Below are positions 49,143-61,965 of a stretch of 64,000 nt of DNA, one piece after another. Each line of letters opens with the position of its first letter. Positions within the stretch are counted from its first letter, which is position 1. Source of the DNA: Camelus dromedarius. Taxonomy: Eukaryota. Both the position numbers and the translations under genes were made by a program. Location of the stretch: assembly GCF_036321535.1 (NCBI RefSeq), contig NC_087436.1:89406001-89470000 (forward strand). Reading direction: 5' to 3'. The notes beneath the pieces were generated by a model. The model ran no database searches, was not told the DNA's origin, and saw only the letters and a program-made list of their open reading frames with translations.

Positions 49143-50298
49143 CACGCATTTACATCAGACATACTCAAGTTCGAATACTGACTCTACCTCCTGCTCGTAG
49201 GATGATGTTAGCCAAGATCTCACATTTCTCTAATTCTCTTTGTTCATCTTACAGGTGTTTAATCTGGAATACTGCAGGTGCTTAACAAACATGAGTTTCC
49301 CCATTTTCCTTCCTTCCTTCCTTCCTGCCTTCCTGTCTTCCTGCCTTCCTTCCATCTCTTCCTATTTTGCTTGCTTACTCCTTCCCATGTAAATTCAACA
49401 GAGTGCAGCTGCTTTTGTAGTGGGCCATTTTAAACTGGAATTTGTTAGTGCCAGGTGTGGATTTAATTGGACTCTTACTTAGAACGCTAGCAGACAGAAT
49501 TGAGGATGCATTTTTTTTTTTTTCTGGTGAATACTGCTGAATCACTGGTTCCCCAATCGACATAAAATATGCTCAGACCTTCCACAGACAGCGTGTGTGG
49601 TGCGATCAAGTGCCTTGGGGGAGGTGGGGTAAACACATTTTTAAAAAAGGACTGTTTCCATCAGTTCACAGTGAACATAATCTGAATTCAGTTCAGGCGA
49701 AGAGTCTCTTAAAAAGCTAGATAAAGGAAATGAAGGCATGAGCAACATGTTATTTGTAGGAATGACATACATTATCTCCTTGGCAACTGCAGGGTGGCAT
49801 GCAATTTGGCAATCTATGTTGTGTCATCTTGGATGCCTGGAAGTCACTGTTTCCTAGGGAAACAAAGCGGAGAACAACACGAGAAGAAGAGTTCTGATTT
49901 TAGTATGCTGGGCAAGTATTTTAAAACCAAGGGACGAGCAGACTTCCACAGTGTAACTAGAACTCCAAATGGCATTAAATTTTCATTTATTAATTCCACA
50001 GTGCTTTAGAATATGGATTAGATCCAAATTGTCTTCAGCCCTGCTGAGCTTTTTATTCATGCTTTGAGGTCAGTTGATGACTCCAGGCATTTGTGTGGAA
50101 CTTTCGATGCCCTGGTGTTTAGTAGGTCTTTCAAAACACTAGGATCTCAACTCATGGACATGCATTTATCTACTCATTCAACAGATATTTGTTGCATGTC
50201 TAATTCATGTCAGGCCTGTGCTAGGTATTGGGGCAGTGTAGACCCCTGGCCTTACATATTACTATCACCCTGTCATATCCGTGGGATGTTGTGATATT

Positions 50299-50832
50299 TC
50301 TTTTCTTTTAAGTTGAAGTCAGTTACAATGTTGTGTCAATTTCTGGTACAGCATAATGTTTCAGTCATTCATATACATACATATATTCCTTTTCATATTC
50401 TTTCTCATTATAAGTTACTAGAAGATATTGAATATAGTTCCTTATGCTATACAGTATGAACTTATTGTTTATCTATGTTATATATGTAGAAGTTTGTATC
50501 TGCTAATCCCAAACTCCTAATTTATCCTTCCCCTACCCCCATTCCCTCAGTAAGCAAAAATTTGTTTACCATGTCTGTGAGTCTGTTTCTGTTTTATAGA
50601 TAAATTCATTAGTGCATTCTTTTTTCTTTTTAAATTCTACATGTGAATGATATCATATGGCATTTTTCTTTTTCTTTCTGGCTTATTTCACTTAGAATGA
50701 TGATCTCCAGATCCATTCATGTTGCTGCAAATGGCACTATTTCATTCTTTTTTGTGGCTGAATAGTATTCCATTTATGGCTGAATAGTATATACCACAGC
50801 TTCTTTATCCATCTTCTGTTGATGGACATTTC
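50299..50832 (-). mobile_element. L1 3' end, antisense
   Basis: TTACAATGTTGTGTCAATTTCTGGTACAGCATAATG...CATGTTGCTGCAAATGGCACTATTTCATTCTTTTT...GTTGATGGACATTT. Confidence 0.88.
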
Positions 50833-52879
50833 TGGTATATCTTTATTGGAACTGAACCAATAATTTAACAAGCATTCATTTAGCCCCTACCTGGAGAGCC
50901 TATTATATAGGAGCTAAGGGATAGCAAAGATGAACCATATGGCTACACAGTACTTAACTGGGGACAGAACAGTCCTCATCATGGCTTTTCTTTGGTCAGT
51001 GATTTTGTTCAACTTTCCTAGGTACAGTCAGCTTGTTTTCATCACCAGCCTGCAAGTGAATGGCTCCGAAATATTTATGATAGTGACTCATGCACAATAT
51101 AATTTCATTTGGTAGGTAATTTGATGAAATTGAATGTCTTAAACGAAGGAAATTCAGATTACAGTATAGCTGGCTAGAGTCTAAAAGTTTCCACTTTGAT
51201 GAAATTCAAAGAAGTATCAACATGACAGAATGCTACAAAGGCAGCCTATAGTATTTGCCCTGGGACTGCTCAATCACAGCAGGAGAACCATACGGCTGGT
51301 GACGTGAGATTAAAGCAGGAGGTCAGTGTTGCCAGAATCACCGATGGGCTCCCCGGGAATTCCTTTCCAGTAGTGCTGGGGATGAGGACTTGGGGTTCAC
51401 TGTGGAATAGAAACCTGGTCCAGAGGCAGTTCTTTCCAAGGCTGATCTTGCCTCCCATAAATCTGTTTGGTGTCTGCAAGGCATTGCCTTTACTACTTAC
51501 CCTACATCCACTCCCAGCCTCGTCTCAGCAGAAAGTGAGGCATTTATCCACATTTCTGAGACCTCTTAAAGAATGCCTGTGAGGCAGACAGCTAATATCC
51601 ACCAAAGAGCCTCCCCCCAAAAGCCTTCTAGGCTGACTATTCTAAATAGTGCTTTCAGGTGTTCTTCTAGCTCTGAGGAGCTGAAGCCATATGGCTGATT
51701 TTATCATTTCAGTATTAAAATTAGCGAGCAGATTTTTCTTCCTGGATTTTTCCTCCCTAGGGTCTTATTGTACCATGTCCTCTCTAAGAGCAGTATTTTA
51801 GCTTAGAATTTTCTTGGATTTGTGGACATATTCATGGAAGATTTAAATAGCACTGCAGCTGTACAGAAAAGCTGTTCTAGTGTGTGCTTTGAAAATCAGC
51901 TTTTCAATAACTGATAGCTTGAGAACTATGATTGAGAGGAAAAATCCAGTCCTTGTTAAATAAGCTATTTCAGCCACTGGCTCTGTGTTTCAAGCAGTCT
52001 AAAGACAGAGAGGCTCCTGGTTCTTGTCCTTTGGCTCCTGGAGAGGCAGGTTGGTCCCCTGGTCCTCCTGCTTTTCCTGGGTAGCAGCACAGGGCAAGAA
52101 GGTGCAGCTTGCTCCAGGAGGTGACTCTTCTGCTCAATAACAATCTTCAGTCATACTTTTTAACAGGCAAATGCGTGAAATGGGAGAGGAAAGGCATTTA
52201 ATTCTGCTTATCAGTTAATATTCCAGGATTGTCTCATTAAACAGTCCATTAACTACTGTAGTGGCCCAGGAAGTATAATCTTGATAGAATAAATGACTGT
52301 CATCTGGTTTTCAAGTGGATTTAAATGGGCTCCTCTTGGCTGTATAGCTTTGCCAACGACTTATCTCTCGAGACACATTGTGTGGGACTCATGTTTGCTG
52401 TGTTGAGTGTGCAGGAGGGAGCGATTTTGTTCTTGATTTATTTCAATACAGTTTACTCATCATTTATTTATTATTTATTCATTTGACTTTTTTTCTGTTG
52501 AATACTTCTCAGTGCTTGGTACTGAGCTCATCAGTGAGGGAAGGAAAACAGTAAGGCAATGTTGCAGCCCTAAAGAAATTCACATTTGGGAGGGGCACTC
52601 ACCCAGCGGGCTGCATATGAAGCTAGGAAGAAGCATAGGCTGCTGTGTGAAGATGTCACAGTCCAGATTAGTGTCTCTGTGGTGGGAGTCCCTGATGAGG
52701 GTGGTGGAGGTGTCAGGTTAAACTCCTTAGGTGGCTGAGTACCGTCTCAGAAAACATAGAAATAAGGCAAAGAAGTCGGAGGAAAGGCAGTGAGAAGAAG
52801 ATGTGCAAAGACCCAGAAGCAAGACAAAACAGCTCACCCTTGTAGAACTAAATGAAGACATCCTGGCTAGAATCCAGGT

Positions 52880-53332
52880 TTTTTAACTGGGTTTCCCCCA
52901 AAGCAGACTCTGTTGCAAGGATTGGTGTGCAAGCAATTTATATTTGAGGTGATCCCAAGAAGCACGGTGAGAAAAGTGAGACGGAAAGGCAGAAAATTCA
53001 GTAAAGTATGACTCAGGAGCAGATTTACCACTCTGTGATCTTCATGCCAGAGGCTGTCCCAGAATATGTGTGGAACACACCTCAGAACTGCCCCCTGGGT
53101 GGCAGAGAAGTCGAGGTACTTATTTTTTTAGCTCTTATCTCTTGTTGATTAGGTTTGTTCAGGGATGTAAACTTTCTTCTACTTCTGGTCAGACCCTCTC
53201 TCCCACTGCAGTCAAACTCCTGTAGACCTAACAGTCCTTAGGGAGAGAAAGGTGGGAAAGCCATCAGCCTGTCTGGAGTGATGACCGGGTAAACCACATG
53301 CATGCAGACCAGGCATCCATAGCATATGTTAC
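52880..53332. mobile_element. ERVL-class LTR (LTR16/LTR33-like)
   Basis: GGGTTTCCCCCAAAGCAGACTCTG...CAAGGATT...GTGCAAGCAATTTAT...GAGGTGATCCCAAGAAGCAC signature; family assignment from memory. Confidence 0.55.
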
Positions 53333-53437
53333 ACTAGGGCACCTGGAGTGGTTAAGAGGAGGATTGGGGAATAAAAGGGAGATGTAGCTGGACTGGGAAG
53401 CAGGACACAGATCATGTAGAATGTTATGTCATATAAA

Positions 53438-53462
53438 TGTGTGTGTGTGTGTGTGTGTGTGT
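53438..53462. repeat. (TG)n microsatellite
   Basis: Direct reading. Confidence 0.9.
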
Positions 53463-54962
53463 TTCAGGAAAACAATAGAGTGCCAACCAAAAGCATTTAA
53501 ATAAGGAAGTGGCATGATGGGTGTTACAGTGTGTAAATGTTATTTTAGTGGAGAGTAGAGAGAAGGGAGGTTCATAAGGATGTTAGGTCTGAGAACTTTA
53601 ATAGCCTGTGCAGTAACTAAATGAGAAATACTGAGTGCCTGTCTGATGGCTTGGAAGAAGAATAGACAGATTAGAAAAATTATTGAGGAAGTTGGATGGA
53701 AAAGAATAGGGAAGAAGGAGGAAAGGGTCTTTGAAGTTTTCTGGCTTGCAAAGCTACCTGGATAGTGTGCTAGTCTCTAAGATCTAGAATACAGCAGGAG
53801 GGTTATGTTTGTTTGAGTAAATATGCTGAGTTCATTGGATATGATTAAGTTTGTACATAGATTTGACTTTAGTCAAAAGGGTTCCTATAATGATAAAAAA
53901 ACAAAACAAAACAAAACTGGGGCTTTGCCCCTACTTCTGTATAACCAGAGCCAAGAACTGTGCCTGACAAATAAATAGGTACCCAGTAAATATTTGTTGA
54001 CTAATCGAATGAATTAATGAGTGGATACATGAATGAACAAATTGAAAGTTTGGTATGCCCCTACTACATGTCCTGCTGGATATAGGGGTCTTCAGGTTGG
54101 AGAAGAACTTGGGAAACAGACATTGATATAAAAATGGGGATCCAAGCCACTGGACAAGTTTATTTACCTGAAGATTGAGAAAACAGAGATGTCTGAGAGT
54201 GGAACCCTATGGAAAGGTTATATTTTAGGATCGGGTAGAGGAAGAGCATCCCACACTGGAGACTGAGAAAGGTAAGGGGAACATGACTAGATTGTGGAAT
54301 TTAAAGGGCCAATTTAAAGAAGGAAGAAGTGATCAGCAGTGTTAGATGTTGCCAAGACAGTACATGAGGCACAGATGTCAAAAAGTGCCCACCAGATTAA
54401 TCCACAAAGAGTTTCAAGGAAAGACGGGAAGGGAGATAAAATAACATTGGGTTGAAGAGTACATGATGGGTCAGGAAGTGGAAACACTAAGTGTAGACAG
54501 TTTTCCCCTGAACTGATAGGGCAGTAGCTGGAAGGGGTCAAAGGTTAAGGAGTTGTGGGATTTTATGTTTGCATTTGCTTCTTTGTAATATGATAGAAAT
54601 TTTAATATATGTTGAGAGAGTGCAAGTATTTTTTTAAATTGCTAATATTATTAAATAGAACAATATCCATAGGACTGTTGACTTTATGCTCTCTTCAAAC
54701 ATCCTTCAGCCCAGAAGGAAACCTTTTAAATGGCAACTCTTAATTATTTCTTCCTACAATTGGAAGATCTGGGCAAGTTGGGTTTTAGCTAGTTCTTAGC
54801 ATTGCTCCAAGGAATGGAGCTGATTATCTTCACTTAGGAATAGGAAATAAGATGAATTTTGAAGAGAGTACAGAATACAGCGTTCCCATATGTTTCCAAT
54901 ATTTTCTGAGGTAGATAGTTACAGTATTCATTTAACATTTAGTTCTGTCAAAAAAATATGTT

Positions 54963-55200
54963 GATACTAACTACTATATATAAAGTATATAAAAAACAAG
55001 TTCCTACTGTACAGCTCAGGGAACAATATTTAATACCTTATAATAGCCTATAATGAAAAGGAATATGAAAAGGACTATATATATATATGTACATAAAACT
55101 GAATTACTGTGCTGTACACCAGAAATTAACATATTGTAACTTCACTATATTTCAATAAAAATGAATAAATAAATAAAGTATATGGTAATTAAAAAGAAAA
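54963..55200 (+). mobile_element. 5'-truncated L1 3' end
   Basis: GATACTAACTACTATATATAAA...CCTACTGTACAGCTCAGGGAAC...GCTGTACACCAGAAATTAAC...TTCAATAAAAA. Confidence 0.85.
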
Positions 55201-55294
55201 AATTTGATAAATATCAGAGTATAGAAATAATGGTAATTTCTATTATAATATTTTACCTCACAGAGACAGCTACATTTTTGTCTTAGAATATGAA

Positions 55295-55515
55295 TAACAA
55301 TATTTAACAAGTATTGTTTGCTTACTGTACTCCAGGTAATGCGTTAAGCCCTTTATGAGTATTACTCCATCAATAACTCTAAGTATTGTTATTATCCTTA
55401 TTTTACCCAGGAGAAATATGTGGCACAGAGAGGCTAAATAACATCCCCAAGGTCACACAGCTATTATTTAGCAGAGTTCAAAACTTGAATCGACCTGATT
55501 TTAAAGCCTGGGGTT
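55295..55515 (-). mobile_element. MIR SINE
   Basis: ATTATCCTTATTTTAC...GGCACAGAGAGGCTAAATAACATCCCCAAGGTCACACAGCTA. Confidence 0.75.
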
Positions 55516-57264
55516 CTGACGTTGGTTTTTAACTACCAATACACTGCCAATAAAAGTGATAATGAAGACAGATGTTTGGTAGCTTTTGGTTTTAGGGTTT
55601 GTTTTATAGATGTCTATAGAGGGCACATTTCCCTTGCTGTCTACCAGATACCTGTGCCTTCTAGTTCCTGGCATCCTTGGCTGCAGTGGTTATGTTGGTG
55701 GTATATATTAATGTACTGATGAGCCATTTGCCATAAATTGCAACTCGGCTACTGGTTTAAGTCCTGCTAAATTTGCAGTCTGCCTTTACTGAAGTGCAAA
55801 ATTGGCTTTCTTGTCACAAAGTGGTAGAACATGCAAAATAGTCTAATACCTTATTTTCTAGCTCAAGCAAGATTATCTAGGCTTGGAGAAAATTTTTAAA
55901 TTTTCACTGTGGATGAACAGCTGTTTCAGCATGAGAGCCTTGTTAAGTGTTGAATGGTTTTGCTAATGCCACATTGGGAACTATAGCTGAGAACATGACA
56001 CTTACTCCTCAGGACAAGTCAAATTATTTCCTGGAGAAGATCAAAAATGGCTTCTGCTATTTGGAGGGCTGTCTTGTGACGACTGGTGTCAGGGTGGAAT
56101 CTCAATTTGTTCTGCTGACTTAATGTGCTGTTTTACTATAGATAGAGATTTGTAATGAATTGTGTTAACAGGATAATCCAACATATGCTTTATGACCAAT
56201 TGACTGTGCTTCCATTCGTAAAGACTAGGGAACAGGATTGATTTTTAAAATAAAAGAGCATGCCCAATAGGTGCTTAATGAGTCCTTTTCTGCTGCATAC
56301 ACGTGTGTACACACATTTACTTATCCATAATTTGGCACATGCATTACTGAACTTCATTAACTTTAATTATCTGTAGATAATTACATGTTTGAAGAATCAT
56401 TTTCAAGTCAGAAACTAGAGCTAGTGCTTATGTTGGTAACCTCCCTGGGTTACAATTAAGGTTGAAATTGCAGTGTCCTATGCATCCGGGCGGCAGCCGG
56501 AGGGAGCAGGGCAGAGCGGATGTTTCAGTTTTACCGCATATTTGAGTAGTAATTTTTTAAACCTCTTTTGAAAATTCTGTATTCAAGCTTAAGGGAGAGT
56601 CTGTGGAAGATAGTTGGAGCACAGCTTTCCTCTTGCAGAAGAACATCATAAAAATAATCTATCATATAGAAGATGCAGATTTTGAGTGGTAACGCTGATT
56701 CATTTTTTCAAACCACTAACAGAGGTGTTTACTTCAATTAAACAAGAAACTTTGCTCAGCTAGATTGCATTTGTTGTTAAGATAAAATTGTATGTAAAAT
56801 AAATTATCTAACTGGGGACCTATTTATAAATATCTATTTATTTAGGCATGCACGTATGATAAGAAGATTTATGGGATACAAAGTAATATCCAAAGCACGT
56901 TATGACAACTAAGCACCAAAGAAGTAGGACGAATATTAGGGAGAACAGGAGCAAGAACAATTCATAAAAACTCTACAACAGTTTTTACATATACTGGAAA
57001 GGAGGGATTCATCAGAGGAAGATTTTATGTGTGTGAGATAATGTGAATCAAAGAGCAGCACAGCATTTAGCTTGTAATAGAAACTAAATAAATGTAACTG
57101 AAGTCCAAATCTGGAAAACCAAGCTGTTTATGTCACTTAACCTGGTTCGGGTTGTGTGGACACATTTCAGGTAAATTCTTTGCTAATTTATTTCAGTTCC
57201 ATTAAGGTAGATTTTTTTAACATAGCAAATTACCATATTTGCTGTTGTAAGCAGCTTCCTGAAG

Positions 57265-57480
57265 TGGTCAGAATTGTTGGTTTGGGATTCAAACCCTGAC
57301 TGTAACCCACTTTAATTGTCTGACCTTAGGAGAAGTACCCAACTTTTGGTTTTAGTGTCCTTATTGGGAAAAATGAGAATATTAATGCTATCTCTTGGGT
57401 GGCTGTCGGAAATGTGTGAGGTTATTTGTGAAAACAATTTAGTATAGTGCTTGGTCTATAGTAAGTGCTGAATACATTGT
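57265..57480 (+). mobile_element. MIR SINE
   Basis: GGGATTCAAACCCTGAC...CTGACCTTAGGAGAAGT...AAAATGAGAATATTAATGCTA...ATAGTAAGTGCTGAATA. Confidence 0.7.
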
Positions 57481-57699
57481 AGACAAATTGATAAAGATTC
57501 AACATTTCTGTCTGGCAAGTGCTAGTATCAGACATCACTTATGTTTGAGTAGCCCCTTAATGTGAAGCATTGCCTTAATTGTCCATTTTGAAAGAATATA
57601 AGAGTAAGAAAAGGAAGATTTTAGAGCATCCTCAAGGGATCTCAGATTTTAATTGACAAGGAAATTGACCTTCTTTATTCTTATACCATTGAGAGAAAT

Positions 57700-58030
57700 C
57701 TTTGTAAGTTATTCCCACTACCACCAGGCACTTGGTTCCTTTCTCCTACAGTCCCCCTTTCTCCTGGTTGAGACTTACTTGTCCCTAAAATTTCAGCTTA
57801 TGTGTCACTTTCACTAAGAGGCATTCCCAGCAATCAGGCTAAACAATACACTCCCTAATTTAAAATTTTTTCCTTGATAGCATTTATTGATTATTATAAC
57901 TTTTAAATAATTCCTGGTAGAAGTTGCATGGATTGTATTTTTTCACCTCTGTACGCCCACTGCCCAACAAAATAACATGAAAAACTGGATACTCAATACA
58001 TATTTATTGAATGAGTGAATGAAATGGGTG
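57700..58030 (+). mobile_element. L2 3' end (sense)
   Basis: Ends ...ATACTCAATACATATTTATTGAATGAGTGAATGAA. Confidence 0.55.
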
Positions 58031-59065
58031 AATCAATGCCTTTAATAAGTCCTTGATTGCTTATTAACTTAATCATAGGTCTTCCATTACTCACTTCTGA
58101 CGAGAGACGAAACATGGGACGTGAGCCTTTTTTTCCTAAAATATAAATCTATTAAAGCCATTATAAATGTTTAGATTCAATAGGCAAACATTATCTACTA
58201 TTCCAAAGAAATTCAGTCTGCTTTAGGTAAAGTTCTTGAGTCATCAAAGGCTTCCTTATGCTGCATAGCTATGATTTTACAAAGTGACTTGGCTGATAAT
58301 TCTTGAGCTTTGGAATTTCCCCCCAAGCAAAAGTAGACTGAAGATCTGGTCTTGACAAATTATTCCTTTTTTGACAGTGCCCCCATTGCCTTTGCTGATG
58401 CAGAGAAAACTGTGACTCAGACTACTTGCTATGCCAGCCTCCTTTAGGGTTGGCAGGAATCTGAATTTTTCTGGATGGCTTTTTATTATAGCACAGTTTC
58501 ATTATGATCAAATCATATCAAGTCTATATTAAGAAAAAAGCATTGTCCAAATGTTTTCTAAGTTCAAATATAACTTTCTGAATATTTTAAGGCTAAAACA
58601 AATCATTTCTATAGGATAATTTGGTTGCTAAAAAATGAATTTTTTTAGACACTTGAGTTAAGAATTGAAAAATGTATTAAGATTTGCAATATTTTAATAG
58701 GTATTTACATATATTAACCCTACTCTTAAAGATTTAAAAAAGATTCTTAATATAAAATGTGAAAAAAGTTATAAATTGTTATTAATGACATCTTCCCAAT
58801 ATTTAAACCAGTGTATGCTCTGAAGTCCACAGCACATGTATACACACTCTCACATTAAAAGTCATAATCTGAAGGGAGGCAAAAATATTTAAGGAAAAAT
58901 ATTGGGTAGTTAAAGAAGGATCTGGAGTTAAGTCCAAATTTAAAAAGTTAAATAAACCTCCTTGGTAACTGAAGTCCTCTTATTCGGGTGAGGAAAAGCT
59001 GAAAGGAACTCGAGGTATCCTGGAGTACTCATATCTAGGCAACTTAAACTGTTTAGAAAGAGGAT

Positions 59066-59084
59066 GTAGATGCCCCCTGCTGGA
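59066..59084 (-). promoter_or_regulatory. CTCF motif (reverse) CCAGCAGGGGGCATC
   Basis: Reverse complement of TGCCCCCTGCTGG (59071-59083) is a consensus CTCF core, a GC-rich spot in AT-rich intron 8. Confidence 0.6.
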
Positions 59085-59145
59085 TATACAGAAGTATTTT
59101 CATTTATCGAGAACAACTAAAAATATTACAAAGAAATCAATGCTT

Positions 59146-59293
59146 GTGAACAAGGTCCTACTGTATAGCACAGGGAACTATATTCTTGTAATAACCTATA
59201 ATGAAAAAGAATATATATATGTATAACTGAATCACTATGCTATACACCAGAGACTAACACAACATTGTGAATCAACTTTAATCCAATAAAAAA
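59146..59293 (+). mobile_element. 5'-truncated L1 3' end
   Basis: AACAAGGTCCTACTGTATAGCACAGGGAACTATATT...poly(A); TSD AAAGAAATCAATGCTT at 59130-59145, repeated at 59294-59314 with an internal 5-bp duplication. Confidence 0.88.
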
Positions 59294-59569
59294 AAAGAAA
59301 TCAAATCAATGCTTAATTCCTGTCAAAAGCATCTCAAGTTCTCTTCCTGTCTAGTATCTTAAGTCTCCCTAGGATTTGCGGTTATCAGAAAAGGATACTC
59401 AATGGAGAAGACAGAACAGACTATAAACAAAGAATAGATCTGCTATGAGAGAGCTGCACGTTTGTTTAGGTTTTGTTTTATTTTTTTCTCTATGAGAAGA
59501 TTAGCATTCACTATTTAAAAATTTTAAGATACATATGTCTTAAAGTTACATTTATTAAAGTTAAATGAT

Positions 59570-59934
59570 TGTCTTAGTCTTTTCAGGCTGCCATAGCCAA
59601 ATAACAGATTGGATGGTTTAAACAATATAAATTAATTTCTCATCATTCTAAAGGCTAGAAAATCCAAGATCAAGGTTCTGGCAGGTTTGGTTTCTGGTGA
59701 GAGCGCTCTTCCTGGCCTGCGGACTATTGCCTTCTTTTTGTGTCCTCATATGACACAGAAAGAGCTCTCTGGTGTCTCTTCCTCTTCATAAGGACATCAG
59801 TTCTATCTGACCAGGGTTCTATTCTTAGGACCTCATTTAATCACTTCCTTAAAGATCTTATCTCCTATATAATCCCTTGAGGGGTTAGCACTTCGCCTTA
59901 TGAATTTTGAGGGGACAAAATTCAGTCCATAGCA
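59570..59934 (-). mobile_element. MaLR solo LTR (MLT1A-like), complete
   Basis: TGTCTTAGTC...CAGTCCATAGCA ends; perfect 5-bp TSD ATGAT at 59565-59569 and 59935-59939. Confidence 0.88.
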
Positions 59935-61915
59935 ATGATTAAAAACCTCTTAATGGTTCACTTTTTTACCTTCTTTGACATTTGTTTCTTTCTACTGTCC
60001 CCAGTCTGGTAGCCATCATTGACCCATTTCCTATTTTCAATGTAAATGTGGAAGAAAACCCTTTTGACTACTATGTTTGAAATAAGAGATAAAAGAAAAC
60101 AAGTGATACTGGAATCCCAGACCAATATATCCTCAGATATGATTCTTCTTAATGTCCCATCATATTTAGAAAGTGGGCCAGCCAGACTGGGTTGTCAAAG
60201 TTCTAATCGTGCCAATGTTCTGGGCATGTCGTTTCATAGCATAATGAGGTGTGGATATCATCCTGTAGGTTGGATTACAGCAGTCTTGGATTACTCCAGT
60301 CTTTGCTGTTCTCCTGATTTACCAGTTTCTAGACTTCCCTGATGGTTGGAATGTTCCAGAGAGAGAGAGAGAGAGATCGGTGATCTGATATGATAATCCA
60401 TGAGATACCCTTTTTATATAACCCACATTTCTTCTGGACATTGAAATACTTGTGGCAGTAGTTTTTTTTTCCTCCAAGGAGTATGACCTATAGTTGGGGT
60501 AGCTGGTTGGTTAAAAGCTGGTTGGTTAGCTGAGTGCCAGGTGTAAAAGAACCACTCAGTGAAAGTGCTGGTGCTCATTTTTCTTAGACGAGCTTTTAAT
60601 ATTTGTTTTACACCATTTATTCTAATGTTAAGGCTTACCTTTACTGTGCCTAAGATGAATTTTAATTCTACTATTGCATTGTGTGTTTTCTCGTATTTAT
60701 TTCTTATTTTAGCCAGCAACATCCTTTTCATGTTTGACTTCACCACAGACTATCCTTTGCTTCAGTGGTCCTCTACCTTTCTGATTATTAAAAATGGTGG
60801 CCTTATCTTTAGAGAAACATAGAAAAAATATTTTAAAATCTTATTTTGTGTAATTATTTATTCATGAGGAATACACCTTTTTATTTCTGAGGCAGAATCC
60901 TGTTATCTGCTTTCTGGATTATTTCTATATAATATTCATTTCATGCCCACTATGTGTTGGACATTGCATGACATGTGTTATTTTTTATGGATTATGAAGA
61001 GGTACTATTGTTACTCCTGTATAGCAAGGACTTTGAGGTTTCAAGGGGTTAAAAAACTTGCCAAATATCTCACATCTAGTTAATAGCAAATTGAGTATCT
61101 GAGTCCAGGTCTGTGTGATTTGATGGCCTGCAATCCTAACTCTTTAGCCAGTGTTTCCCAATTTCTGATCCCTGATGACTAGCAACAGCAGAACTAATAC
61201 ATATGACTTCCTGCAAATAGAGCCTGAGGCTGAATTTCTATCTAGCTCCCAGGTTATTCTCATAAACACTTAGAGTGATTGTAATGCTACTTTTCATTAT
61301 GGAGCGAGAGAAGATTCTTCCAGCTTAGTGTCTGCATTTGGAGACAGTGAGTGGAGTGCACTTTGTCCTCTGCCCTCTCCAGCGTTATTTTGGTAGCACT
61401 GGTAAACACAGCGCCTGGAGCAATTCCATGTAGTGTTCTGGTCAAGTCCAAGCCCACTTGATCAAGTTGAGAACTTCTGCTCTGACTGGTAGAGTCTTCA
61501 ACAAAGAGATCTCCTCTCCTGGAGCCGTATATTTAATATACAAATCATGGACAAGTGAAAAGAAACCCTAGCAATCACCATGAAACAAAGCTAACCACAA
61601 AATCGTGTATCTTCACGAAACCCTACTCTTTTAAACTTTCAGCTTCTATATATGTAAAGACAAGATGAATAAATTCTGAAAGGTCTTGTTCTCTGGTAAT
61701 TCCAGATTGAAGACAAAAATTTCTTATCCCAGTGCCTGATATTAAAAGTAATATTTCAATGGCTTATGGAAATACAAACATTGAATTAAATGCTAACATT
61801 GGGGGGAAATGAAATACAATAAATAGAGAACTCAACATTTTCATTTCTACATTTTGTTGTTCAATGTGTCATAGAATCCCCTGGTAACAATATGAAATAT
61901 TTAGCATGTTTGTAG

Positions 61916-61965
61916 GGGATGTTTTTCATTTCTATGTGGTGGGATGTTTTTCATTTCTATGTGGT
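61916..61965. repeat. Perfect 25-bp tandem duplication (GGGATGTTTTTCATTTCTATGTGGT)2
   Basis: Direct reading. Confidence 0.9.

Larger units (their letters stand above)
52470..54620 (-). mobile_element. Fragmented L2 (antisense) with nested ERVL LTR and (TG)n
   Basis: TTATTCATT...GAATACTT...GTGCTTGGTACTGAGC 3' end; purine-rich body (ATGTGCAAAGACCCAGAAG, GAAGTGATCAGCAGTGTTAGATGTTGC); boundaries approximate. Confidence 0.5.
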
